The position numbers were made by a program, and so were the translations under genes. DNA of 41,773 nucleotides from Candidatus Nomurabacteria bacterium (GTDB lineage Bacteria; Patescibacteriota; Minisyncoccia; Phycocordibacterales; UBA9973): contig CALRHG010000003.1 in NCBI GenBank assembly GCA_943359365.1, forward strand, positions 1 to 41,773, read 5' to 3'. Shown here piece after piece: positions 9,739-21,649 of the stretch. Each line of letters opens with the position of its first letter. Positions within the stretch are counted from its first letter, which is position 1. The notes beneath the pieces were generated by a model. It did no database searches. It was not told the origin of the DNA and worked only from the letters and a program-made list of their open reading frames with translations.

Positions 9739-11520
9739 CTACCTCACCTGCCAACTTTTGGCTTTAATCTTTTCCGCAATTTTTTCCATAATTTTATTTA
9801 TTTCTTCGTCGGTCAGAGTTCTTTCGTACGACTGAAAAACTAATCTGAAAGCATAAGAAACTTTTCCGTCTTTCTTGAACTCATCAAAAAGCTCCGGACC
9901 TTTTATCACCATGTCACCCATGTTTTCTTTAATTATTTTTAGCACTTCAGTGCTTTTTACATTTTCTGGGACAAACACGGCAATATCTCGCGCGATGAAT
10001 GGGAAGAGGGACCACATCTTGAATTTAGCTTCTAGGTTCGAGCTTCTAGGTTCTAAGGGAAAATCTTTTGGCATATCCTTACAAAATTCTTCCAATTTTA
10101 TTTCTTTTATTTCTTTTTTATCTCCATAAGCAACATGCATTTCTTCCCCGCCTTTTTTAAATATAGTCCCAATCTCAAAAACTTTCACCTTGTCGATTCC
10201 TAAAAACGGAGCATTAAGTTGGTTTAATTTTATGCTTTCTTTTAGCCCGTCAGCCAGATTTGTTCTCAGAAATTTCTTATCCGAGGCGCTATTTTGCACT
10301 TCTACTTCACCCTTGTTAGCAAAAGCGTAGGTCATCACCTCCGAGTATCCTTCAGAAAGCAATTTATTTCTCGCCCAAGTTATTTTCGCGTAAGTCTCAT
10401 TTACCTTCGGCTTGAAATTTATTTTAGGAATATTTCCCTTCACTTTGTCATACCCGAGGATCCTGACCACTTCTTCCGCCATATCTTGTTCGGTAGCCAA
10501 ATCTAGGCGCATCGGCGGGACAATAATATCGAAAACTCCTTTTTTTAATACGTATTTAAATAAGTATCTTTTTAAAATATCTTCTATCTCTTTGTCGGAG
10601 ACTTTTAGTCCTAAAATATTTGAAATTCTATCCGTGGAAAAATAAAACTTACTCTCCTTTTGTTTATCTGGATATACATCTACGATATCTTCAAACTGAG
10701 CCTCGGGACACATTTCTAAAATGAGCGCAGAGAGTTCGCGCATTGCATACGGAATTAATTCCGGAGATAAATCATTCTCAAATCTTTTTCGTCCTTCGGT
10801 AAACATATTGAGGGTCTGCCCCATTTTCCTGACGGATACTGGATTAAAATTATCAATCTGTAAAATTATGTTCTTTGTATTATTATCCAATTCAGCCAAG
10901 GTTCCTCCCTTTACGCCGGTACCTATCGCATTCCCTTCCGCATCGTAAATAGCGACCATGCCTTTTTGCAACTCTTTTTGAGCTCCGCCCAGAAAAGAAA
11001 TTTTCTCGCCATCTGAAGTGTTTATATCAAGCTTGAGTCCTTTGACTTTGTCCATGTCAAAAACATGGCTTGGCTGGCCGCAATCAAACATAACTATATT
11101 GGTAGCATCCACGATGTTATTTATGCTCCTTTGTCCGATTGATTCTAAATGTTGAACTACCCAGTCCGGAGACGGACCAACTTTTATATTCCGAACAATC
11201 CTGGCAGCATCTCTGCGGCATTTCTCCGTGTTAATTTCAACTTTTAATTTTGTCGGCCCTGATTCCGAAATTTTGTATTTCGGAGTAGGATCTACATATT
11301 TTATATTGAGCAACGAAGAAATTTCGCGAGCCATGCCTTGATGGCTGAGCAGATCATGCGCGCGGTTCGGCAATATTTTTACGTCAAGAATAAAATCGCC
11401 GTCCGGCAATTTTTCAACGGTCTCCACTTCCGCCAAGTGATATGTCAAAATATCAGCTATCTCTTCCGCCTTTGGCGCATCGGGCACATACCATTTAAGC
11501 CAATTGTAAGAAATTTTCAT
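9739..11520 (-). CDS. pheT: Phenylalanyl-tRNA synthetase beta subunit, short form (593 aa)
   Basis: MKISYNWL, PNRAHDLLSH, INNIVDATN, RLDL...DMAEEVVRILGY, C-terminal FDX-ACB (RDIAV...ERTLTDEEIN). Confidence 0.93.
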   Translation of the reverse strand: MKISYNWLKWYVPDAPKAEEIADILTYHLAEVETVEKLPDGDFILDVKILPNRAHDLLSHQGMAREISSLLNIKYVDPTPKYKISESGPTKLKVEINTEKCRRDAARIVRNIKVGPSPDWVVQHLESIGQRSINNIVDATNIVMFDCGQPSHVFDMDKVKGLKLDINTSDGEKISFLGGAQKELQKGMVAIYDAEGNAIGTGVKGGTLAELDNNTKNIILQIDNFNPVSVRKMGQTLNMFTEGRKRFENDLSPELIPYAMRELSALILEMCPEAQFEDIVDVYPDKQKESKFYFSTDRISNILGLKVSDKEIEDILKRYLFKYVLKKGVFDIIVPPMRLDLATEQDMAEEVVRILGYDKVKGNIPKINFKPKVNETYAKITWARNKLLSEGYSEVMTYAFANKGEVEVQNSASDKKFLRTNLADGLKESIKLNQLNAPFLGIDKVKVFEIGTIFKKGGEEMHVAYGDKKEIKEIKLEEFCKDMPKDFPLEPRSSNLEAKFKMWSLFPFIARDIAVFVPENVKSTEVLKIIKENMGDMVIKGPELFDEFKKDGKVSYAFRLVFQSYERTLTDEEINKIMEKIAEKIKAKSWQVR

Positions 11521-11528
11521 ACAGAATT

Positions 11529-12251
11529 TTAATTTGAAACCTGGTTAAGCCGCAAATCGCCCTGATAAAAAAGCCGGACGTCGGGAATGCCCCACTTGAC
11601 CATAGCAATACGATCCAGTCCGCCGCCGAAACAAAAACCTTGCACTTTTACGGGGTCTAAACCCATACCGCGAATAACTTCCGGATTAGTCATTCCCCCG
11701 CCCATCATCTCCAGCCACTTACCTTTGAATTTAGCGAATACTTCTATTGATGGCTCGGTAAAAGGAAAAAAGCTCGGGCGAAACTCGATTTCTATGTCGT
11801 CTCCGAGCATTTTTTTATAGAAATTAGTAAGTATGCCTTTCATGTTGGCGAGGTTTACTCCGTCCTCTATCGTACCCAGCATAGAACCGTCTATCTGAAA
11901 AAATTGCATTTCATGGGTAGCGTCAGTCGCTTCGTTGCGGAAAACTTTACCGACAGAAATAAAAGCCGAAGGCATTCTGCCCGCCTTGGCTGCTTGTTCT
12001 GTCGCCCAAGCTGTCACGCCGGTTGTGTGTGTTCTTAAAACTTTCCCCCGCTCCTCCTTAATCCAAAAAGTGTCTTGCATGTCTCTGGCTGGGTGATCTT
12101 TCGGCATATTTAATATGTCGAAGTTGTACCATTCGGACTCCAGCTCCGGTCCGAGCGCAATTTCAAAACCCATATCGGCAAAAGCTTTATAAGCCTCGTT
12201 TGCCAAGATAGAAAGCGGATGTTCGGTAGCTTGTTTTTTCTCTTTTTCCAT
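11529..12251 (-). CDS. pheS: Phenylalanyl-tRNA synthetase alpha subunit, catalytic core only (240 aa)
   Basis: HPARDMQDTF, LRTHTT, FRNEATDATH, FRPSFFPFTEPS, GLDRIAM. Confidence 0.95.
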   Translation of the reverse strand: MEKEKKQATEHPLSILANEAYKAFADMGFEIALGPELESEWYNFDILNMPKDHPARDMQDTFWIKEERGKVLRTHTTGVTAWATEQAAKAGRMPSAFISVGKVFRNEATDATHEMQFFQIDGSMLGTIEDGVNLANMKGILTNFYKKMLGDDIEIEFRPSFFPFTEPSIEVFAKFKGKWLEMMGGGMTNPEVIRGMGLDPVKVQGFCFGGGLDRIAMVKWGIPDVRLFYQGDLRLNQVSN

Positions 12252-12256
12252 GTTTT

Positions 12257-13195
12257 TTATTGTACCAAATCCGCTTCGACTGGGCTAATCTTGCGTCCGT
12301 GGCGAGAAAACACACATCCGTTTGGACAAAAAGCTTTGCCTTCATTCTTTTGCAGACATTCAACGCAGGCGATAAAGTGCCTGTGACAAACTGGGTTTGC
12401 GCAATTTACATAATTTTCCGATTGCTCTTTGCAGGCATCACACATGCCGACTATTTTGTGTTTTGCATCATCGGTATAAAAGCCCATAGTCACTCGCCCG
12501 TCAAAAACATAAAGCTTGCCTTTGAAATCCTCATTAGGATATTTTTCCATGTAACTCACTATGCCTCCGTCAAGCTGATACACATCTGTAAACCCTTGTG
12601 TAACCAAAAATCCGGAAGCTTTTTCGCAGCGCACCCCGCCGGTGCAAACCGTTAGCACCGTTTTATTTTTCAAATGCTTGATCTGTTCCACCACTTTCGG
12701 CAAATCGCGAAAATTTTCAATCGGCGGCAAGATGGAATTCTCAAAATGCCCTACTTTGTGCTCGTAAGCATTTCGCATGTCGACAATATAAAATTCTCGT
12801 TTATTTTTTATCCATTCATGAAGTTCTTCCGGCTTTAAATGTATCCCCGTAATCTCGTTCGGATTTATGTCGCAAGTGCCTAAATGTAAAGAAACTATTT
12901 CTTTGCGGACTTTCACTGAAAGTTTCGGAAAAGCATCGCCTGTGCCAGCGCTTAATTTAAAATGAATATTTTGAAATCTTCCATCTTTCTTGTTCTTCTG
13001 GAGCTCTTTAATATATTCTTGTATATTTTCTTTTGTGCCTTCATAAGTAGCATTTATGCCTTCAGTGGCAATTATACACCTGCCTCTCAAACCCAGCTTT
13101 TCGCAAGTTTCTCGCTCTCTCTTAGCCACCGCCTCCGGATCAGCAATATGAACATATTTATAGAAAAGAATAACCCTATATTCCATAGAGTTCAT
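12257..13195 (-). CDS. trhO: Rhodanese-domain protein, TrhO/UPF0176 family (tRNA U34 hydroxylase-like)
   Basis: LFYKY, LRGR.IIATEGINAT, DMRNAYE, CTGGVRCEKAS, LDGGIVSY, GKLYVFDGR, Cys-rich C-terminus. Confidence 0.85.
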   Translation of the reverse strand: MNSMEYRVILFYKYVHIADPEAVAKRERETCEKLGLRGRCIIATEGINATYEGTKENIQEYIKELQKNKKDGRFQNIHFKLSAGTGDAFPKLSVKVRKEIVSLHLGTCDINPNEITGIHLKPEELHEWIKNKREFYIVDMRNAYEHKVGHFENSILPPIENFRDLPKVVEQIKHLKNKTVLTVCTGGVRCEKASGFLVTQGFTDVYQLDGGIVSYMEKYPNEDFKGKLYVFDGRVTMGFYTDDAKHKIVGMCDACKEQSENYVNCANPVCHRHFIACVECLQKNEGKAFCPNGCVFSRHGRKISPVEADLVQ

Positions 13196-16050
13196 CTTAT
13201 ATATATTTTAGACATTTCGCAATACTCACACTCAGTATTTTTGCCGTACGAATTGTAATGGCAAACGCGCGCTACCCATTCGCCGGACTTTACTAATTTG
13301 TCGTAATCTTCTATGTCCTTAATCAGAAGTTCGATTTCTTCGGGAGTCACGGCATGCCTATATATACTCTCTTTCGGATTTTTAGCTTCCAGAAATTCCA
13401 GCCTGCTTTCGGCAACTTTTACATTGTTCCATTTGGGCGTGCCTTGCAGTAGGTAGGTATACATTGCGAGCTGACGAGCCAAGCCGGAAAGCCGGCCTTC
13501 TTCGTCTCTTTTATTTACCTCGCTTTTTTTCTTCGGACTGCCGGTCTTGAAATCTGTGACCCTAACTTCTTTTCCACTCAATTTTTCTATAAGGTCAATC
13601 CGACCGTAAATTTTCAAGTGCGGAAAGCGCTTGTCGGCAAAAGATACCGGTTGTTCATTTTCACGATTCGTTAATATATCGGAGAGACGGCTTTTTGCCC
13701 AAGCAGAAACTATCCGAGCCACTTCTTTGTCTTCCGGCAATACCTCTTTATTTTGTTTTAAAATCTGATCAATGGCTTTATGCACTTTGTCCCCGAAAAT
13801 CAGACTCTCGCTCGGCGCTTCCGGAATCTGCAATAGACTGCGGAAATACCATTTCCAAGAACATTCGTAAAAATTATTCAGGAGCGACATGGATACATTT
13901 CTTGTTGTATATTTTGCTCTTGCCAACTTTGTCACTTCTGACAAATCATTATTTTTTGCGACAGCTTTTTCAGAAATTTCAGCCTTTTTCTTTTCAAAAA
14001 CTTCAGCAGGCAGCTCCGAGATTATTTTCGCCAATTCCAACTCCGTGCCTTTATGCGACGCGGTCGAATACGAAAGAGTGCAAAATCTTTTGGCTCGGGT
14101 TATGGCTACGTAAAGTTTTCTTTTAATAGCATCTATATCCCGCTCTTCCACCCGCTCCGCAATATTCTCCGGTAGTGCAAAGCCGAACTTTTTGCCGCCG
14201 CCAAGAGACTTTTCATCCATGTGAGCTATCCAAACGAAATCAAACTCAAGCCCCTTTGAACCGTGCAAAGTCAACACCTTTATGCCATCTTTGGGCTTTG
14301 CCACGATCGGTATAAATTCGTTAAAAGAAGCCAGTTTTTCGAGATACACAGTAAATTCATCGAGTGTGAGACTCGGATTTTTTTCTAGCTCTTTATCCAA
14401 AAGTCCGATAATAGTGTCTAAAATTTCTTGTCCAGAAACAAGAGTATAGGCAAGTTTGTTTCCTTCTTCTAGAAAAAGCTCTGCGCCGATAGTTTGGAGT
14501 AATGTTTTTATATCCTCTTTTTCAAAATCTTTTTTCCATTTTGCAAGTTTCGCCGCCCACTTGTCTACCCCAGCCGCATCAGGCAAAAGTTTGGCCGGTC
14601 TGTTTAGAAATTTGTCCAAAGAAAAATCCCGCATGTATTCGCCCGCAATAAACTTGGACGCTTCCATTGGTTCAGTTCCTGAAGTTTCGTCGAAGAAAGA
14701 TAAAGCCAAAGAAACAGAATCACCGTTACTAATTATTTTTAAAACTCGCAAATATGCATACGCCTCGTCTTGATCAAAAAGACTCAAGGATTCAACTACA
14801 CCAGTCGAAAGCCCCGCTTTATGCAGTATACCGATAGCGCGGCGTACTTGTGCATTTTTGGGCAGTAATATGGCGCACTCATTTGCCTTCACGTTTTTTT
14901 CAATTTTCTCTTTAATATCGAGAGCAGCCGCGATGATTTCCTCTTCAGGATTATTTGCTTCAACCAGTTTTATCGAGTGGAACTCTTTGCTGTTGCTCTC
15001 TAGCTTTTGATCTGACATTACGCTCTGGAGAATCTGGTGCGAAGCGTCTAAAATAATTTGAGTAGAGCGATAATTATCCACGAGAGTGATGAGCTTCGCG
15101 CCTTTAAATGTCTTTTGAAAATTTTTAAAATATTCGATGCTCGCCCCGCTAAATCCGTAAATAAGCTGACGGTCGTCCCCCACCACGAAAATATCCGGCT
15201 TCTCGAGCGAAGACCAGACTTTGGTTAAAAATTCATTCTGCACCCGCGAAGAATCCTGGTGTTCGTCCACCAAGACATACAGATACCGTTCGCGGATTTG
15301 CGCTAGCGTTTCTTCTGAAGTTTCTATTAGCTTAACCAGCGCCTCGAGCACATCGTCATAATCGAGAAGATTTTTTTCTTTTTTAGATTTTTCATAAAGC
15401 TCGATAAATTTTACTACCTCTTGGCTGCGCTCCAGACTTTCAATTTCTTTTTGAGTTTCTTTTTTCATTTCGCCCTTCGAAACGCCCTTGGTAGAAATAC
15501 TAGCTTCGTCCCGCTCTAAAAATCTTATTTCTTTTTCCACTGCAGAGCCAAAATCTTTAGCTGTAATTCTCTCCCGTTTTAAAAGAGAAATGAGGGATTT
15601 CAAGTCTTCGAAATATCGCATGCTGTCGCTCCTCGGCCGCAGATACTGCCAGTCATTGCTATTTAAAATTTCATCAAACAATATCGCTCGGTCTAAAGAC
15701 TCCAAAAGTTTCGGAGCTTTTTTTAATCCGAGGTGCTTATAATTTTCTTCGATTACTTTCATGCCAAAACTATGAAAAGTAAAAACATTCACAGAATTTC
15801 CGGCCTCGCCGATATATCGCACGAGGCGTTCTTTCATGGCGCCCGCCGCCGCGTTGGTAAAAGTGAGGCACAAAATACCGTCCGGCTTGATGTCGGTTTT
15901 CTTAAGTATGTTCCCAATCCGCAACGCCAAAATCTGCGTCTTGCCCGTGCCCGGCCCCGCAACGACCATCACCGGCCCGTCAATAGAATCCACCGCGTCC
16001 TTTTGGGCTTTATTCAGCTTTTTGTATTCTTGATCAAAAACAGAACTCAT
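13192..16050 (-). CDS. UvrD/REP helicase fused to a C-terminal PD-(D/E)XK nuclease
   Basis: AGPGTGKT, LTFTNAAA, VDEHQD, VGDDRQLIY, NYRST, TLHGSKGLEF, YVAITRAK; then GRIDLIE...DFKTG, QLAMY, CEYC. Confidence 0.9.
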   Translation of the reverse strand: MSSVFDQEYKKLNKAQKDAVDSIDGPVMVVAGPGTGKTQILALRIGNILKKTDIKPDGILCLTFTNAAAGAMKERLVRYIGEAGNSVNVFTFHSFGMKVIEENYKHLGLKKAPKLLESLDRAILFDEILNSNDWQYLRPRSDSMRYFEDLKSLISLLKRERITAKDFGSAVEKEIRFLERDEASISTKGVSKGEMKKETQKEIESLERSQEVVKFIELYEKSKKEKNLLDYDDVLEALVKLIETSEETLAQIRERYLYVLVDEHQDSSRVQNEFLTKVWSSLEKPDIFVVGDDRQLIYGFSGASIEYFKNFQKTFKGAKLITLVDNYRSTQIILDASHQILQSVMSDQKLESNSKEFHSIKLVEANNPEEEIIAAALDIKEKIEKNVKANECAILLPKNAQVRRAIGILHKAGLSTGVVESLSLFDQDEAYAYLRVLKIISNGDSVSLALSFFDETSGTEPMEASKFIAGEYMRDFSLDKFLNRPAKLLPDAAGVDKWAAKLAKWKKDFEKEDIKTLLQTIGAELFLEEGNKLAYTLVSGQEILDTIIGLLDKELEKNPSLTLDEFTVYLEKLASFNEFIPIVAKPKDGIKVLTLHGSKGLEFDFVWIAHMDEKSLGGGKKFGFALPENIAERVEERDIDAIKRKLYVAITRAKRFCTLSYSTASHKGTELELAKIISELPAEVFEKKKAEISEKAVAKNNDLSEVTKLARAKYTTRNVSMSLLNNFYECSWKWYFRSLLQIPEAPSESLIFGDKVHKAIDQILKQNKEVLPEDKEVARIVSAWAKSRLSDILTNRENEQPVSFADKRFPHLKIYGRIDLIEKLSGKEVRVTDFKTGSPKKKSEVNKRDEEGRLSGLARQLAMYTYLLQGTPKWNNVKVAESRLEFLEAKNPKESIYRHAVTPEEIELLIKDIEDYDKLVKSGEWVARVCHYNSYGKNTECEYCEMSKIYIR

Positions 16051-16817
16051 TTTTCTATTCTACTCCATTTGCCAATTTTTGTCCTTTTGATAGAAAGCGC
16101 CAGAGCCGGAACCCCTATTTTTTCTCCGAGCGAGTCTGCTATCGCCCTCACATATGTCCCACTGCCGCATTTTATATGGAAATCCGCTACAAAAAATCCT
16201 CTGTTCAACCCTGAGTGTTGAACACTGAGATTCTTGCGCCAAATTTTTAGAATTTCTTTTTGGCGGAAATCTCCTTTGACTTTGGCGATTCTGCGCTCGA
16301 TATTTTCTAAAAGTTTTTTTCTGCTTATCTTTTCTATTCCAAAAAATTTTAAACTTTTCACATTTACTTCATGCTCTGGGTTTTTCACTTTCTTCCCCGC
16401 CCGAGCATAACTAAAAAGCGGCTTGCCGTCGACAGTTTTCGAAGAATACATAGGGTAGCTTTGCATAAATTTACCCGTAAAAAATTTCAGGTTCTTTTTT
16501 ATTTTTTGCTCCAGCTCTGACATTCCGACATTCTCAAGAATGTAGGAATGTTGTACTTTGCCTAAAATATCGTACGTGTCTGTGGAAAAACCGAACAGTA
16601 TGCTGAATTTGTATTCTTTGGAAAGTTTTAAATATTTTTCTTTTTCGTGAACCGCATCGCCAGCGAGCACCAACAAGAGCCCAGAGGCTAAGGGGTCAAG
16701 CCTACCCGCATATGTCATCTTCGCATCTTTATACTCTTTATTCTTTTTGCGAAAACTCTCCAGCGCCTCGAGCGGAGTCTCCCCTTCTTTTTTGTTTAGC
16801 AGTAAGATTTTTTTCAC
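16047..16817 (-). CDS. truB: tRNA pseudouridine synthase B-like
   Basis: YAGRLDPLASGLL, KEY, GFSTDTYD, PMYSS, CGSGTYVRAI. Likely start GTG at 16817 overlapping the upstream TAG. Confidence 0.88.
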   Translation of the reverse strand: MKKILLLNKKEGETPLEALESFRKKNKEYKDAKMTYAGRLDPLASGLLLVLAGDAVHEKEKYLKLSKEYKFSILFGFSTDTYDILGKVQHSYILENVGMSELEQKIKKNLKFFTGKFMQSYPMYSSKTVDGKPLFSYARAGKKVKNPEHEVNVKSLKFFGIEKISRKKLLENIERRIAKVKGDFRQKEILKIWRKNLSVQHSGLNRGFFVADFHIKCGSGTYVRAIADSLGEKIGVPALALSIKRTKIGKWSRIEK

Positions 16818-17260
16818 TAAGATTTTTGAAGCGGATGCAAATGCGCTGCGATAGCTACAGCTGTAGCAATAATGACAAGATTTTTTATAATGTACTGCCC
16901 TTCTAAAGTGGGCACTAGAAAACCACTCCATGTAACTTCCGGCAAAAGAAACAGCGGCATAAATGTAGTAATCATGTGTAAAAAAAGCAGAGGAATCACA
17001 ACACGCACTAGATTCGGAAAAATAAAAAGTATTCCGATCAAGCATTCAAACAAACCGAAAAGAATGATAAAGGTATCGAAAGACATAAAGCCGATAGTTT
17101 GCTCAAAAAGACTTTGCACTAGAGAATTCGCGGGAGATAAACCGATAACTTTCAAAATTCCAAACCAAAAGAAGATAACAAAAAGCCCAAATCGCGCGAC
17201 CGGCATCGAAATCCGCCTGAAAAAATGTATAAGTTTGATGTCTATGTTTCTGATTTGCAT
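16817..17260 (-). CDS. DoxX-like integral membrane protein
   Basis: Several hydrophobic helices, FFWFGILK and PTLEGQYIIKNLV motifs; ATG at 17260 with TG-n-TACAAT 6 nt upstream. Confidence 0.72.
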   Translation of the reverse strand: MQIRNIDIKLIHFFRRISMPVARFGLFVIFFWFGILKVIGLSPANSLVQSLFEQTIGFMSFDTFIILFGLFECLIGILFIFPNLVRVVIPLLFLHMITTFMPLFLLPEVTWSGFLVPTLEGQYIIKNLVIIATAVAIAAHLHPLQKS

Positions 17261-17283
17261 AATCACATTGTAACAAAAAAGGC

Positions 17284-17371
17284 TGGCGGAGGGTAGGAGA
17301 TTCGAACTCCTGGTGAATTGCTCCACACACGCTTTCCAAGCGTGCGCACTAGACCGCTATGCGAACCCTCC
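17284..17371 (-). tRNA. tRNA-Ser(GGA)
   Basis: Acceptor GGAGGGT/ACCCTCC-G-CCA, anticodon arm CACGC-TTGGAAA-GCGTG, long variable arm, GTTCGAA T-loop. Confidence 0.95.
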
Positions 17372-17387
17372 CAAAAAAACATCTATA

Positions 17388-19873
<2,486 letters not shown>

Positions 19874-19877
19874 ATGA

Positions 19878-20417
19878 TTACTCTACCCAATTAAATAAAT
19901 TTTCGGAAAAAGTTATGTTGTAACTGCCGGAACCCTGAGTCCATTCAACTTTGGAAAAAATTCTTACTTCATTCAAATTTGACTCAGTCGTTGTCATCCA
20001 AACCTGACGGATAAAACCGGAATCATCCCCGCTATTAGTGCTATAGCTCCCGTCACTTATAGAAAGTCTGCAGTTATTGGAGCCACCGCACACGAAAACA
20101 TCATGGGGGAAAACCGTATCAAAACCGCATCCATTGGTTGCGTTACATGGATTCATGACAACTTTAAAACGATCCCAGCCTTCCTGGCTGGTGTCGTCAT
20201 AATAAAGCACATACGTGTCGCGTATGTTTCGGACGTATTCAATACCTTCTTGCGCCAAATATGAGGCTATGATTTTCTGTCTGGCATAAATGGTACTGGA
20301 AATACCTTCAGTAAGAACTGCGAACAGTCCTAAAATTGATACGGTAAAAATCGAGACGGCGACAAGCGTCTCTATGAGAGTAAAACCTCCATTTTTTTGT
20401 TTAAAATATTTGCTCAT
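19878..20417 (-). CDS. PilV-like minor pilin
   Basis: G|FTLIETLVAV; ASYLAQEGIEYVRNIRD. Confidence 0.8.
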   Translation of the reverse strand: MSKYFKQKNGGFTLIETLVAVSIFTVSILGLFAVLTEGISSTIYARQKIIASYLAQEGIEYVRNIRDTYVLYYDDTSQEGWDRFKVVMNPCNATNGCGFDTVFPHDVFVCGGSNNCRLSISDGSYSTNSGDDSGFIRQVWMTTTESNLNEVRIFSKVEWTQGSGSYNITFSENLFNWVE

Positions 20418-21064
20418 ATATCTAGGACCCTTTGTGACACCGAAGTCTGCAGGGAAAATGGCGTTTCGACATTTTTATAAAATATCGTTCCGACTAATCG
20501 AATGGTCACAAAAGGCTGCTGCTCGTTCCCGCCCGGAGGCTCGGCGCCCAAAACGGAAAATCCGGAAACAGAACTGAGATCCACTTCCTCCGGATTCAAT
20601 TGCGTCCAAATTAGCCCTCCATCAGTAGACTTGCTTATGTCATAAGTATCGCCTCCATCGGCAGTTTCAATTTTATATGCCCATTGGTCAGTCCCGTTCG
20701 GATCGGCATTTGGACTCGGAGAGGCAGGCGTGAATCCATAAGCTTCCTCAAAAACTATGGCTCTGCCGGAGTCGCAACTCCTCGAAGTATTTAGATCAGA
20801 GTCCTGAGCCTCCGACTGGTTCCAATCGCTGTAGCATCTGTAATTAGTTCCCGTTCGCAAGTTTCTGCCTATGTCTTCCATAACGAAACTCAAATTATCC
20901 ATGATGGAGCGCATGTCTCGGGATTTTTCATGAACCAAGTTAGCGTTTAAAAGCGCGCCCATACCTGTCATAATAATAACCAGAAAAAGAGAAACAGCGA
21001 TCATCGTCTCTATTATGGTGTAGCCAGTATTTTTATTTTTTTTAATTCGTAATTCGTAATTCAT
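20414..21064 (-). CDS. PilW-like minor pilin
   Basis: G|YTIIETMIAV prepilin motif; position in the minor pilin run. Confidence 0.78.
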   Translation of the reverse strand: MNYELRIKKNKNTGYTIIETMIAVSLFLVIIMTGMGALLNANLVHEKSRDMRSIMDNLSFVMEDIGRNLRTGTNYRCYSDWNQSEAQDSDLNTSRSCDSGRAIVFEEAYGFTPASPSPNADPNGTDQWAYKIETADGGDTYDISKSTDGGLIWTQLNPEEVDLSSVSGFSVLGAEPPGGNEQQPFVTIRLVGTIFYKNVETPFSLQTSVSQRVLDI

Positions 21065-21070
21065 AATTTT

Positions 21071-21646
21071 TTAATTAACCTGTATTCTGCCCGAAGGAGA
21101 AACTATTATTCTCGCAGTTGCAGGATTTGTTCCCGGAGAAGAAATCGTAATTTCTACATCGCTAACGCACGTCATTAAAGCTCGGGAATCCGGGCGGCGA
21201 AAAACAATACTTAAGGTCTGAATTGGATCTACTCCGCATTTCAAGCCTGATATGAAATTGTTTTTTGTAATAGTGGGCTGGTCTAAAATCAAATCAGAGT
21301 CATCATAAAAATCACTATCATCAAGATTCGCAAAATAAGTAAAATGTTTATCATCAACGCCGGGAGTAGTAATATTAAAATAAACTCCATAAGACGGTCT
21401 AGACGCAAAGGCTTGCGTGGTGAGTTTCCCCGACAATGCTGATTTCTGCGCTTCGACAATTTTCAAGGCAATATCGCTCCCTAGATTTTTTATATCGACT
21501 TTTGCCTGGAATTCCCCATAATTAAACATGGCGACAGCAGACAGCGCGGCAAAAATAGAAAGAACGACGATGAGTTCTACGTAAGTCATCCCCGCCTGAC
21601 GGCGGGCAAGCCCCTGATTTATTTTTGCTTTAAATAATTTTTTCAT
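21071..21646 (-). CDS. FimT/GspH-like minor pilin
   Basis: G|MTYVELIVVL; C-terminal IIVSPSGRI. Confidence 0.75.
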   Translation of the reverse strand: MKKLFKAKINQGLARRQAGMTYVELIVVLSIFAALSAVAMFNYGEFQAKVDIKNLGSDIALKIVEAQKSALSGKLTTQAFASRPSYGVYFNITTPGVDDKHFTYFANLDDSDFYDDSDLILDQPTITKNNFISGLKCGVDPIQTLSIVFRRPDSRALMTCVSDVEITISSPGTNPATARIIVSPSGRIQVN

Positions 21647-21649
21647 AAA

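Noticed and set aside
13192-13900. Cas4/CRISPR system
   Set aside because: Nuclease domain is fused to UvrD; no cas genes or repeat-spacer array seen in the window.
16818-17045. Cys/Ser-rich N-terminal extension of TruB
   Set aside because: Alternate frame of the DoxX-like gene; GTG at 16817 gives a normal TruB start.
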